Virus record (IMG/VR): IMGVR_UViG_3300009149_000011
Coordinates: 1 to 64,000 of that record
From: a virus
Direction: 5' to 3' (one strand)
Length of the DNA: 64,000 nucleotides
In this document: positions 1-9,680 of the stretch, one piece after another
Numbering within the stretch: the stretch's first letter is position 1
Layout of the letters: each line of letters begins with the position of its first letter
Position numbers and translations under genes: made by a program
Notes under the pieces: generated by a model
Told to the model about the DNA's origin: nothing
What the model saw: only the letters and a program-made list of their open reading frames with translations
The model's database searches: none

Positions 1-12
1 CGTTATAAAACA

Positions 13-228
13 TTAGAGAAGCATACTTTCTAATATTTCTATTTCTATATAATTTTTAGTTGTAAGTTCTTTTAATGATAAACCACCAGTTGATTTCATC
101 CACACTTTCTTACCATTATTAAATTCACTTAACCATTCTTTCTCTTTATATAAGTCAAACAACTTACTTTTAATATTTTTTTCAATTCTATCCACAATAA
201 ACGTTTTATAACAAAGTGTAAAAACCAT
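13..228 (-). CDS. hypothetical protein (cassette-borne)
   Basis: 71-aa ORF whose start lies inside an attC-like hairpin. Confidence 0.6.
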   Translation of the reverse strand: MVFTLCYKTFIVDRIEKNIKSKLFDLYKEKEWLSEFNNGKKVWMKSTGGLSLKELTTKNYIEIEILESMLL

Positions 229-371
229 TTTGTTCGTGGTTCTAATTAACTTTGTTTGGTTATTATTTAATTTATATTTTTAATTTAGTTCAGTTTCAAA
301 ACGGTTCTTACACAGACCGTTGTGCTTCATTAAAACGCCACTTCGTTAAGCACAACACAGAATATAAATAA

Positions 372-581
372 TTAAATTTTTCCGTCTGCAAATTCACATT
401 TAATATTTGTGTGCTTTTCAAGTTCACCCTCCCAAGCATTGAGGTCGCTTAGTGTATAGCCATCAATACCCCTTTGATTTCTATCTTGTTTTTGTAATAT
501 TCTTTTACCGTCTCTTATTAAGTTAAGCAACCTCGCAACTTCGTGAGGGTTTGTAATTTCAATTAAAGTTCTTGTTTTCAT
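372..581 (-). CDS. hypothetical protein lying inside the loop of an attC-like site
   Basis: 69-aa ORF between the hairpin arms at ~348-370 and ~598-623. Confidence 0.65.
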   Translation of the reverse strand: MKTRTLIEITNPHEVARLLNLIRDGKRILQKQDRNQRGIDGYTLSDLNAWEGELEKHTNIKCEFADGKI

Positions 582-614
582 AATCCAAAATTTAAAAATT
601 CATATTCTAATTCG

Positions 615-917
615 TTATAGCACATACATACCAAGTACCTGCCTAATCATATCGTCAGTGTGTTTGATTATTTCCGCTATATGCTTCATCTGTTCTTCGT
701 CTGAACACCGCAGCATTTGTTTTGCCACTTCTTTTTTATAAGCCAATATTTCTTTTAGGCTTTCAGTTGTCTTTTCAATATCCATTGATGCTGCTACGTG
801 CAATGAATTAAGTTCACCTATCCTTGTTGCCATCGTTGCATTATCCGCATCAGAAGTACGTGCCATAACATTATGTATAGCACATTGCTGTAATCGTTTC
901 AATCTAAGGTCTTCCAT
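615..917 (-). CDS. hypothetical coiled-coil protein (cassette-borne)
   Basis: 100 aa; stop TAA is the TTA of the GTTATAG core site. Confidence 0.65.
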   Translation of the reverse strand: MEDLRLKRLQQCAIHNVMARTSDADNATMATRIGELNSLHVAASMDIEKTTESLKEILAYKKEVAKQMLRCSDEEQMKHIAEIIKHTDDMIRQVLGMYVL

Positions 918-978
918 AATCTATAAAGTTTGTGTTTCAAATTAAAGTCATCGTTGGCAACGTGCCATACACGAGCCG

Positions 979-1185
979 TTATAGCCAATTAAAATAAATG
1001 GCAGTTTTCACAAATACAATAGAGCCTCCAACCATAGTTACAAACCAATACCAAAGTCCATATAATTTGTTTTTTAGTTGTTTGTTAGAAGCCCAAATAA
1101 TACCAATAAAGGGTAAAAAACTGGCTATAACACCACCTATATGTAATGCCTTGTTTCCTTTTTGGTTATTCTGTTCTTTATCCAT
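979..1185 (-). CDS. small membrane protein (cassette-borne)
   Basis: Two hydrophobic segments; stop lies in the GTTATAG core. Confidence 0.65.
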   Translation of the reverse strand: MDKEQNNQKGNKALHIGGVIASFLPFIGIIWASNKQLKNKLYGLWYWFVTMVGGSIVFVKTAIYFNWL

Positions 1186-1437
1186 TGTTTTAGTATTTAC
1201 TTGTTAGTGTAGTAATTTATCAAGGTCGGCACTACACATAGCCAAACCATTGTGCTTAATATGGGCTACATCAGTTCTTCGTAGGAACATTTTCGGGAGC
1301 CTTATTTTTTTGCCAACGCTCAATTAACTTACGGATTTCAGTTTCACATAAGTTCTTTCTGCTTCTACCATCATCACTTGCAATTTGGTCAAGTGTTTCG
1401 GTTTCATCTTCTGTTAGGTGTATTTCAATTCGTTTCA

Positions 1438-1755
1438 TTAATCAATCATTTTTATAGATGAATATGCGATATTCCAAACTTCACCGTTTTCTCTTTTACA
1501 TTTTACTTTTTTAGGGTTAAGCTTTAAAACCTCCCATATTTCACCATTAAATTTGTCGGCAGTAACAGAAACTATATCTCCAACTTTTAAATCGGTTCTT
1601 GCTTTTTCCTTTCGCTCTAATTTAGCTTGGTGCTCTTTTTCACGAATGAGTCTATTAGCATCAGCAATCACTTTATTCAGTTCATATAATGATAATCCAG
1701 TTAAGTCTATTTTACTTTCTGTGTTTATTGTTGCAAGTTCTTGTAGTAAATTCAT
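1438..1755 (-). CDS. coiled-coil plus KOW/SH3-like small protein
   Basis: LKVGDIVSV...WEVLKLNPKKVKC beta-barrel pattern; own promoter motif at 1786-1810. Confidence 0.65.
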   Translation of the reverse strand: MNLLQELATINTESKIDLTGLSLYELNKVIADANRLIREKEHQAKLERKEKARTDLKVGDIVSVTADKFNGEIWEVLKLNPKKVKCKRENGEVWNIAYSSIKMID

Positions 1756-1971
1756 GTCTTTTTGTTTTAGTGTTACAATTAATTATACGACAAACTTACG
1801 ATAAAGTTTCGTAACCACCAAATTTATTTTACAACACTCTAAAAAATAAGGAGGAAAGGTTCGTGCTTCGTAGGTAGTTTATCGGTTCAAACCGCCCATA
1901 CTAAAGCACAACAACACCTAAAAAGCATACCCTACGGGATACGCATTTTAGCCAAACCGTTGTAAGTAATA

Positions 1972-2205
1972 CTACGTTAGTGCTATTCCGTTCATAAACG
2001 GTTTACCATCTATATAATACCTTACTTTGGTTTTGTCATAAGGTTTAATTTCGGTATAGTCTACCCACCCCTTTTGATTTATATTATGAGTTCCACCACT
2101 CCAATCGCCTTGTATTTCTACGGTTGTTTTTCTGATTCCAACCACTTCAAAAGGGGATGCATCTGCTTTATGGTAAACCTTGTCACCTAATTTAAAATTG
2201 TGCAT
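1972..2205 (-). CDS. hypothetical protein, SH3-like (FKLGDKV)
   Basis: 77-aa ORF filling one cassette. Confidence 0.6.
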   Translation of the reverse strand: MHNFKLGDKVYHKADASPFEVVGIRKTTVEIQGDWSGGTHNINQKGWVDYTEIKPYDKTKVRYYIDGKPFMNGIALT

Positions 2206-2300
2206 ATATATATTATTTTAGTTATTAAATCCGTACTACTTACAACACGTAATATAGTTAACCCTATCGGGTCGCTATCGCTTAACCATATTGCCATACG

Positions 2301-2453
2301 TTATAAAAAATTAAGCGTAAACCAATCTCTTATTCTTATAAAGAATCTCCACCGTTTTCTAACCTCAACTTTTTTAATCCAAGCCTTAGCTCTTTTGTCT
2401 GTGTGTGGTACAAATTCAAAACCCTCACGTTTACATATTTCTTTTATATCCAT
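2301..2453 (-). CDS. 50-aa hypothetical protein (not in ORF track)
   Basis: ATG at 2453 reads MDIKEICKREG...WFTLNFL; stop in the GTTATAA core at 2301-2303. Confidence 0.5.
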   Translation of the reverse strand: MDIKEICKREGFEFVPHTDKRAKAWIKKVEVRKRWRFFIRIRDWFTLNFL

Positions 2454-2583
2454 ATCACATTTTATAACAAGGTTTATAAAGTAATTAGGCGGTTAAACTA
2501 CGTGGGTTTATTAATCTCAACTTACTCTTACCAATGCACTGGTGTGAGAAACTAAGCGCGCCTAAATACTTATACACTTAACA

Positions 2584-2907
2584 TCATAAACAATAAAGCG
2601 TACGTTCTTCAATTGGTATATTGTTTTTAGTTGCGTATTCTTTAGCGTAAATCATCCCTTTGCTGTATCCATAATCAATATAAAATATATGCTTTTCAGC
2701 TACTTCTTTCCATATAAGACCAGCATCAATACCCCATTTTCTTTCGTGAGGTATATCATCATTTAAAATACCTTCTTGGGTATAAAGTAAATGGCTTGCT
2801 ATAGGCGCTTCCCCTTTGCTTAAGCTATCCCTTACGCATTCCCTAGCGTACTTTATGTTTCTTTCGATATCTCCAGCGTATGGGCTTTCTAATATTACTC
2901 TTATCAT
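2584..2907 (-). CDS. conserved phage protein, nucleoside 2-deoxyribosyltransferase-like fold
   Basis: VILESPYAG...GEAPIASHLLYTQ...SKGM motif pattern. Confidence 0.6.
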   Translation of the reverse strand: MIRVILESPYAGDIERNIKYARECVRDSLSKGEAPIASHLLYTQEGILNDDIPHERKWGIDAGLIWKEVAEKHIFYIDYGYSKGMIYAKEYATKNNIPIEERTLYCL

Positions 2908-2963
2908 AATTATAATTTAAAGTTTATAACACTATGCAAAACTCAATTAAAAAAGCGAATACA

Positions 2964-3320
2964 TTATCCAAAATGAACCATCTTTCGCTTTTTAATGGCA
3001 TCATTGCACCCATCAATGAATTTATCTATCATTTCAATGAAATCGAAATCACGCCCCTTTGAGTTATCAAAATTTTCTTTAATTGAGGTTAGTCCTTTCA
3101 CAATTCTCTTGCACTCTTTTATTGTGAGTCTACCATCACAATCTGAATGATTAATTAACGGCATTATGTCGTGATCTAAGTCTTTAGCGAACCCTTTATT
3201 CCCCCCGTATTCTTTTAGTTCGTTTATATCTATATCTATTTGCAAACATAAAGACTTCCTAAATCTTGCGAAAGTACTATAAGGTCCATTGAAACATCCA
3301 AATGTTGTATCTAATCCCAT
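2964..3320 (-). CDS. conserved phage protein (MGLD...HSDCDG family), paralog of 5762-6238
   Basis: Shares Y..F..FR..L and HSD.DG motifs with 5762-6238. Confidence 0.65.
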   Translation of the reverse strand: MGLDTTFGCFNGPYSTFARFRKSLCLQIDIDINELKEYGGNKGFAKDLDHDIMPLINHSDCDGRLTIKECKRIVKGLTSIKENFDNSKGRDFDFIEMIDKFIDGCNDAIKKRKMVHFG

Positions 3321-3411
3321 AATTTTTTGTTATTGTTAATTATACCGTAATAATGCTAACACAAAACATAAAGCCATGCTTCGAAACGCCTTATATTTTT
3401 TATAATTAGCA

Positions 3412-3642
3412 TTAACTCAGTGAGTCAAATCCTACAAATTCCTTAATTCTGTTTAATTCCTCTTCTAAATTATCAGCACGTTCATTTGAGCAACTGCTAA
3501 AATTATGCATAGGTAATGTATTTGCTACGCCCCTGCTTTCAATGAAGCTTTTTACCATTTCGAAAATTCTTATTTCATTTGCTCCACTATCGAAGATGTG
3601 CTTTATCTCCATTCTTAACTGCTCTTTTTCTATATCGTTCAT
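3412..3642 (-). CDS. hypothetical protein
   Basis: 76-aa ORF in the co-oriented array. Confidence 0.55.
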   Translation of the reverse strand: MNDIEKEQLRMEIKHIFDSGANEIRIFEMVKSFIESRGVANTLPMHNFSSCSNERADNLEEELNRIKEFVGFDSLS

Positions 3643-3854
3643 AATTCTGCGGTTTTAAACTTTAAATAAAATACCCACGCACCTATCATTAGCAAACACT
3701 AAACTCATCGTGTGAAAAAACTAAGACCTCCAAAACCAATTGCCTTTTATGTGATTTCTATCTTCTGGATAAAATTGTGGACTATCAAAAGCAATCCACC
3801 ATAGTTCTAGTTTCCAAATATAAAATCTTCTTTGCGCTACACTTACCTCCATAT

Positions 3855-4280
3855 CTATTCCGTTTTATAAATCTTAATGGTATACTTATCGCCTTCTTTA
3901 ATCTGAAATTCACTATCTATATCCGTCCAAATCTTAACTCCCCCATGCTCTATTGTCATTAATCCTGGACATTCTTCCCAAAACTCTTCACCTTCACCTT
4001 CAAACTCATAACAAATTTTAGAATCATTTAAAGATAGCTTTTTCTTCATTAACTCCATAGCCCATACAGCTCCTCCAATGAAAGTTGCTTTAGTATCTTC
4101 AAAATCTCTTTTGTTATTGCAATTTGCAAAAGATACGGCTTCATCAAAAATTTCCTGTTTACTTATAGTTTCTGGTTCTATTTCAGATTTACACACAATC
4201 CTTCCGCATTCTTTGCAGAAAGGGATTATGTTTTTTTCAAAAGAAACATTAGGCTTAATACATTTACAAGGTATCGTCAT
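3855..4280 (-). CDS. hypothetical protein with N-terminal CxC/CxxC motifs
   Basis: CKC...CKEC; co-oriented. Confidence 0.6.
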   Translation of the reverse strand: MTIPCKCIKPNVSFEKNIIPFCKECGRIVCKSEIEPETISKQEIFDEAVSFANCNNKRDFEDTKATFIGGAVWAMELMKKKLSLNDSKICYEFEGEGEEFWEECPGLMTIEHGGVKIWTDIDSEFQIKEGDKYTIKIYKTE

Positions 4281-4319
4281 GTTATTTCATGTATGTGTAA
4301 ACTTTTTCTAAATCGATTA

Positions 4320-4523
4320 TCATTTGTTCAAACCTAAATCTTTAGTAGATTCAGCTTTCTTCAACTTTTCATATTCCATGATAGCAGACTTAAGTATAGT
4401 TCTACAAGTTAAATCTCCAAAAACAGTGTTTCCGTCTTTATGTTTCAATTCAATTGGATCATCACCAACAACGGTCCACCCAATTGACTGTAAAGCCTTT
4501 TTATCTTCTTTTAACAATTTCAT
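4320..4523 (-). CDS. hypothetical protein, related to N-terminus of 7931-8287
   Basis: GW....dP.El.H.DG motif shared with 7931-8287. Confidence 0.6.
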   Translation of the reverse strand: MKLLKEDKKALQSIGWTVVGDDPIELKHKDGNTVFGDLTCRTILKSAIMEYEKLKKAESTKDLGLNK

Positions 4524-4529
4524 AGTTTA

Positions 4530-4799
4530 TTAATAACAACGATTATAATTTAACCAATTATACCAATAGTGATACCCGCTTCTCCAGACATAAACCCATC
4601 TGTTACCATTCCATACATAAACATAGTGACCACCGTATTCAGAGTGCCAATAGGCTCTCTGACAAAAGCATCCATTACACCTATCTGAAATACTATATTG
4701 TTGACTGTAATAACTGCCTGATGAGAATCCGCTCTGAGCTTTAGTTTCGATGCTCATAATTCCTATGAGCAACAAACAAGTTAATATAAATTTTTTCAC
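4530..4799 (-). CDS. secreted Trp/Tyr-rich small protein
   Basis: Signal peptide ending KAQ; aromatic-rich C-terminus. Confidence 0.6.
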   Translation of the reverse strand: MKKFILTCLLLIGIMSIETKAQSGFSSGSYYSQQYSISDRCNGCFCQRAYWHSEYGGHYVYVWNGNRWVYVWRSGYHYWYNWLNYNRCY

Positions 4800-4836
4800 T
4801 ATATTAACTTAAACATTTAACTAATAAAAGACAAAT

Positions 4837-5373
4837 TTATCTTTCCATAAACACCTCTTCTCTTTCAATGTTTTCAATAGACTCAATGTTTGATCTTTTC
4901 ATCTTTCTAACCAGTATATTTGATTCATTCCTACAATGCCCAACTCTATAGTCTCCAGCCGTAACTCTAAAAGTTATTTCACCATCTCCATTAACAATAA
5001 ACCCGCCATCATTGAATGGCACATCTATATCTGGGCCTCCTACAAGACCATCATAATAAATGTTCTCTAATTCTATTTCATCTTTTTCCTCTGCGCCTTT
5101 AAGTATTTGATCATACTCTTCATTAGAAAGTTCTCTAGCCCCTCTCCATCTAGAGCAAACGTTCTTACTAATGTTTTTATCGTATCTATCGAATAATACC
5201 CAATGATATGTTACGGACCACACTAAGCTGTCATCATCCTTTTCAAAAACCTTACCGCTTCTAACTTCAAAGTCATTCTCTTCAATCTTCTTTCTTAGAT
5301 CTGCGGCTCTGGTCTCTAAATCAAGTCGATCAACCCTTAATTGATCTAATTCTTTTTGTAATTGGTCTTTCAT
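4837..5373 (-). CDS. hypothetical protein
   Basis: 178-aa ORF, N-terminal coiled coil. Confidence 0.65.
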   Translation of the reverse strand: MKDQLQKELDQLRVDRLDLETRAADLRKKIEENDFEVRSGKVFEKDDDSLVWSVTYHWVLFDRYDKNISKNVCSRWRGARELSNEEYDQILKGAEEKDEIELENIYYDGLVGGPDIDVPFNDGGFIVNGDGEITFRVTAGDYRVGHCRNESNILVRKMKRSNIESIENIEREEVFMER

Positions 5374-5466
5374 TACTTGATTTATCTTTAAATATTATTA
5401 TTTTATTAGATTCAATGCCTCTTGAAAAAATCTTATCTAATTGTTTGAAGTTTGTTTTAATTTTTT

Positions 5467-5760
5467 TCATAACACAGTTTCCCCTATTGATTCCACCATC
5501 TCTTCCACTTGTTTAATAACTTCAGGCTTTCTAAAACGAGAAGCACAAAACCCTGGCTCTACACCCTTAAGAACTCCATCGGTAAATGGTTTGTTAGTAA
5601 TTTCTACTAATAACAATCTACCTCTACTATCCCAACTTTCCACTCTACGAACAGTGTATTCCTGACCCTTTCTTGGAAGTTGATCAAAATGAGCTATCAT
5701 AACATCCACCATATCGGTGAAGTCATCATCAATACATATAACTTTATCCCCTACTTTCAT
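5467..5760 (-). CDS. hypothetical protein (KVGDKVICID family)
   Basis: Typical phage SH3-like pattern ending F...RF. Confidence 0.65.
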   Translation of the reverse strand: MKVGDKVICIDDDFTDMVDVMIAHFDQLPRKGQEYTVRRVESWDSRGRLLLVEITNKPFTDGVLKGVEPGFCASRFRKPEVIKQVEEMVESIGETVL

Positions 5761-5761
5761 A

Positions 5762-6238
5762 TTAACAAAATTCTAATTCTTCTCCTGCTTCAGCAGCTTC
5801 ATCCATAGCATCAGCTAAAGATAAAGCTCTTTTTTTATCAAAATCATCTTCTGACCAGTCGGCAACTAACTCCCTTAATCTAGGAGCAGTGTCTACACAT
5901 TGAATAACTGTTAGACTATCTTCTGCATCAGAGTGGTATAACAGATTCTTTATAGGATCTTTTATTTTATCCCAACTCATAGGTTTGTGACAAACCATTT
6001 CAGACATGTTTTTATATTTATAGGCACCTACAAAAGAGCTGCCTTTCGCTTCCAAAATTTTAATCACAGCGTCTTGTGCTTGCTGCAAAGCTGATTTGCT
6101 ATGAAGTAAAACATCTTCTTGAGTAAATCCTTCCATCTGATCGATGTTGATACCTATATCTCTTGCAAGCTTTCTTCTAAAGTGACGAAATCCTCCATAG
6201 CTCCAGCTAACATCTCCATGACTAAATCCTAATCCCAT
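5762..6238 (-). CDS. conserved phage protein, paralog of 2964-3320
   Basis: SYGGFRHFRRKLA...LLYHSDAED. Confidence 0.65.
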   Translation of the reverse strand: MGLGFSHGDVSWSYGGFRHFRRKLARDIGINIDQMEGFTQEDVLLHSKSALQQAQDAVIKILEAKGSSFVGAYKYKNMSEMVCHKPMSWDKIKDPIKNLLYHSDAEDSLTVIQCVDTAPRLRELVADWSEDDFDKKRALSLADAMDEAAEAGEELEFC

Positions 6239-6240
6239 AA

Positions 6241-7281
6241 TTATTGCTTTAATAGTTTATCTAAATGTTCTTTAACCGTTTCTAAACTTGTTGGTTCCGT
6301 TGGAGTATAATCTACCGACTGCTTAGGGTTTTTACTTAACCTGGTAACTCCAAGTTGAAACTCATGCCACATCGGTGTTACATCACTAATTAACATCACA
6401 TGAGTATTACAAGCCCAAGATAGCCACGACAATCCAGAACTTACACCAATAAACAAAACAGACTCTTCAATCTGACTAATTCTATCTATCAAACTTATGT
6501 TGCCAGTCAAATCAATAACACGTTCCAATTCAGTAGGTTCTTTTGAAATAACAGCTACCTCAAAACCAAGAGAGCGGATATGATCAACAACCTTTTGCCA
6601 ACCGCCTTCTTCTTTCCAACCTTTCTTAGCATCACTAGCATGCTCTGATATACATACGACTTTTACCTTATCTTTGTTGCTCGATGTGCTCAGTTTAGTT
6701 TTTATTTCTTTATAATCAAGACCTAAAATACTAGAAGCCACCATTTGTAAAGGAACCTTTGAGCTATTTACTGGTGAATAAATAGAATTACCTTCTTCAT
6801 TAGCGCCAACATAATATTGGGCATATAAATTTTCTATTTCCGTATTAGGCTTTACGAAAACTATATCGGGATAAGCTCTGCTAAATATGCCATTAAAAAA
6901 TGTTGAACATATTACTTTGCAATTATGCTTTTTCCTAAACTCTTCTATATATGGCATCCATGCTATATTATCCCCAAGAGCAAATGCATCTATTTTAATT
7001 GAAACAATTTTATTTGTTGCATTAAAATGATCTATAAACACTATTTTTCCAGCTTTGTTGTTAATTCTTATCTTCCAATTTGTAAACCACTGCCTAGCCC
7101 CTAAGATCATATCGCCAGTCTCACACTCTCCAGAAAAAACTACGTTACCATTGTCATTGTTAATAAAATCAACGTCATAAATATCATCTTGTCCAGATTT
7201 AATCATAACTCTTGGACAATTACCTTGTATAGGTAAATTGCAAACATATGACACCTCTACTTCTATCATAATTCTATTCAT
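6241..7281 (-). CDS. autotransporter O-heptosyltransferase-like (Aah/TibC, GT9-like) glycosyltransferase
   Basis: ALGDNIAWMPYIEEFRKKHNCKVICSTF and FIGVSSGLSWLSWA motifs. Confidence 0.8.
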   Translation of the reverse strand: MNRIMIEVEVSYVCNLPIQGNCPRVMIKSGQDDIYDVDFINNDNGNVVFSGECETGDMILGARQWFTNWKIRINNKAGKIVFIDHFNATNKIVSIKIDAFALGDNIAWMPYIEEFRKKHNCKVICSTFFNGIFSRAYPDIVFVKPNTEIENLYAQYYVGANEEGNSIYSPVNSSKVPLQMVASSILGLDYKEIKTKLSTSSNKDKVKVVCISEHASDAKKGWKEEGGWQKVVDHIRSLGFEVAVISKEPTELERVIDLTGNISLIDRISQIEESVLFIGVSSGLSWLSWACNTHVMLISDVTPMWHEFQLGVTRLSKNPKQSVDYTPTEPTSLETVKEHLDKLLKQ

Positions 7282-7741
7282 CTACGTAAATTGTCTCTTC
7301 GAACCCTCTACCACCTCTTCTTTTGTTAAAGCTAAGAACTTGCTTACCAGCCTCTTCAAATGATTCACAATCAAACTCAACACCGTCAATACTTAAAATG
7401 CGACCACCTGGATTATAAAAACAAGAAACCATATCACCCATTCCTCCTACATTAATTAAAAACATGTCACCACCAGTACCGTCAGCATAAACACTTCTAA
7501 TGTTCCAATTTAAAGGTTTGCACCTAAGCATATTCATACCATTGCTGGTCGTAAATCTTTCATAATTATAAACGCTAAAACCCCCCTTAGATGTTGTGTT
7601 ATTTATTTCACTATTCACTTCTGGAGAAAGTTTTTTCAAAGCTTCCTTTGGAACATCACCCCATTCGACAACTTCCATAAATTCTAAAGCGAACTCATTA
7701 GTCAAATCAATTGTGATCGGTATCGTAACTATATTACTCAT
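7274..7741 (-). CDS. hypothetical protein
   Basis: 155 aa, overlaps neighbours. Confidence 0.6.
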   Translation of the reverse strand: MSNIVTIPITIDLTNEFALEFMEVVEWGDVPKEALKKLSPEVNSEINNTTSKGGFSVYNYERFTTSNGMNMLRCKPLNWNIRSVYADGTGGDMFLINVGGMGDMVSCFYNPGGRILSIDGVEFDCESFEEAGKQVLSFNKRRGGRGFEETIYVDE

Positions 7742-7947
7742 TAAGAAGATATTTTGACTCCTTTGTTTAGCTCTGTTATTGCCTCTTGAACGTCTTTAGG
7801 GGTTATTGAGTATTTTCTACAAGTTTCGAATTTATGTATCACTTTCTTATTCAACCAAATGCTTACAACTTTTCCGTATAAACCTGACGATACGGTCCAA
7901 GCATACTCTACACCATCAACCGTTATATCTCTATGCTTCTTCTTCAT
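7741..7947 (-). CDS. hypothetical protein
   Basis: RDITVDGVEYAW...ITPKDV pattern. Confidence 0.6.
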   Translation of the reverse strand: MKKKHRDITVDGVEYAWTVSSGLYGKVVSIWLNKKVIHKFETCRKYSITPKDVQEAITELNKGVKISS

Positions 7948-8287
7948 AATGTTCTAATAATTCTTTTGCTAGTTCTCGACATTTCCCAAGTAGAAAGTCG
8001 GTTTCTTTAATATGATGTTTTTTAAACTCTTCAAGCTCAACTTGGGGGAATCTCCTAAATCTACTTTGGCTTTCATCAAACTTTTTAACCTTTATCCAGC
8101 TGTTCGTGTTGATTATTTCCCTTAATCGTTCTCTTACCTTAAACGATTCACTATTCTCTTCTTCAAGATGATCATATAATATTATAGCCGCGTATCCGCT
8201 GGCAAAAGATCCATCCTCATGACGAATCTCTAAAGGAGATTCACATTCAATCTCCCACCCTAAATCCTTTAACAAAGCTTCATTCAT
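7931..8287 (-). CDS. hypothetical protein
   Basis: 118 aa, overlaps neighbours. Confidence 0.6.
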   Translation of the reverse strand: MNEALLKDLGWEIECESPLEIRHEDGSFASGYAAIILYDHLEEENSESFKVRERLREIINTNSWIKVKKFDESQSRFRRFPQVELEEFKKHHIKETDFLLGKCRELAKELLEHYEEEA

Positions 8288-9356
8288 ATCTCTTAGCTAT
8301 TTTTTCCATTACTCCTTTGTGGGAATAATTCTCTGAATGCCTTCCTCCCTCAGTAATGTCGATCACAAATTCTATTTTGTTATCCACATTATCAATGAAC
8401 TCTTTTGTTTCTTCAACCGCAAGGTTCAGAAAGTAATCATCCTGGCTACCAGTCCATAAATAAACTTTACCATCTATTTTTGGAGCTAGTTCATCCCAAT
8501 TCTCTTTCAAATGTAGCAAAATGTCATATCTTTTCCAAGACTCAGACACTTCTTTATCTATAACTCCAGTCTCATCATTGAATAATGGCTTTGGAAATCC
8601 CTCCTCATCTCTCTTACCATATACAGCAGAGTGAGCACCAAATTGCATTCTAGAAATCACGTAAGACCCTCCACCTAATCTCTTTTCATACTCAACCACC
8701 TCTTTCATTGACATAGCTGAGCCAAAATCGGACCTGTTTAATGGGAGTAACTCACCATCTTTCTCAAAGATGTTATCATCTTCGTAGATGTTAGTATTCA
8801 AATAATTATTAAAACTAATAGGGTCTGGACTATATGAAAATATACCTCCAAATTTATCTGGGTTCTTCAACAAAATAAATAACGATGCCCACCCTCCAGT
8901 TGAATAACCGTCAAGATATCGATCTTCATCATTACCTGTAAATCTTACATTTTCTTCCACGAAAGGCATAAGTTCGGTCAACAAGCTTTGACCAAAAGGT
9001 CCAAAGTTATCAGAGTCAACTTGATGTGGATCTCCAAGGGGGGAATCACCATGTAAAAACACTGTGATCACCTGTGGTGAGTCCTCAGAGGCGTGCCATT
9101 CCTTAAAGTCAGGATCAGACATCAATTCATACACTTTGCTAGCTGTAGTCCCGTAGCCGCCAATAGAATACCTAATAGGATACTCTCTAATTTCATCTGA
9201 GAAGTAAGAAGATGGTAACAATACCGACAATGGTATGTCAACATTTACTCCGTGAAACGCGGTTAACAACTCACTAGTAAAATGAGCAAACTTAATATGC
9301 TTGTCATCCATCGATGATGGCGCAGGCTTAGGTGATAAATCTTTTATTTGACTCAT
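8280..9356 (-). CDS. alpha/beta-hydrolase esterase (Fes/enterochelin esterase-like)
   Basis: G-Y-S-T-G nucleophile elbow; G.qDD and C-terminal His of the catalytic triad. Confidence 0.8.
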   Translation of the reverse strand: MSQIKDLSPKPAPSSMDDKHIKFAHFTSELLTAFHGVNVDIPLSVLLPSSYFSDEIREYPIRYSIGGYGTTASKVYELMSDPDFKEWHASEDSPQVITVFLHGDSPLGDPHQVDSDNFGPFGQSLLTELMPFVEENVRFTGNDEDRYLDGYSTGGWASLFILLKNPDKFGGIFSYSPDPISFNNYLNTNIYEDDNIFEKDGELLPLNRSDFGSAMSMKEVVEYEKRLGGGSYVISRMQFGAHSAVYGKRDEEGFPKPLFNDETGVIDKEVSESWKRYDILLHLKENWDELAPKIDGKVYLWTGSQDDYFLNLAVEETKEFIDNVDNKIEFVIDITEGGRHSENYSHKGVMEKIAKRYE

Positions 9357-9361
9357 TTTCT

Positions 9362-9637
9362 TTAAAATATAATTGCTAAAATTCCACCTAATATAAGTGA
9401 TACTATTAAATCAGCCACCAACAAAACAACTATTGGAATTATTATTAATTTCTGAAATATTGATAAAACTTTTGATATCACAACGATGAGAGCTTTGTGC
9501 TTTTTATGAGCGCTAATACCAGTGGCATCAGTAACTCCATTATACAATTCTCTATAGTCTTGAATATCACTCCACTTCATATAAAGGAAACCAAACTGAA
9601 CCGCAACTAATATTGTGAAAACTAATATTGTAAACAT
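9362..9637 (-). CDS. membrane protein
   Basis: Hydrophobic N- and C-terminal helices. Confidence 0.6.
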   Translation of the reverse strand: MFTILVFTILVAVQFGFLYMKWSDIQDYRELYNGVTDATGISAHKKHKALIVVISKVLSIFQKLIIIPIVVLLVADLIVSLILGGILAIIF

Positions 9638-9680
9638 ATTTTTTGATTTAATTAAGATTAATTTTCCCCAAAAAGGGTGT

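Larger units (their letters stand above)
2..3420 (+). mobile_element. integron-like (attC-type) cassette array, ~8 units, no integrase in window
   Basis: Repeated imperfect hairpins bounded by ...AAC and GTT...; each unit's left GTT core is the reverse complement of its right AAC core (e.g. GTTATAAAAC 2-11 / GTTTTATAAC 203-212; GTTATAGCCA 978-987 / TGGCTATAAC 1122-1131; GTTGTAAGTA 1959-1968 / TACTTACAAC 2237-2246). Units decay to the right of ~2580. Confidence 0.7.
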
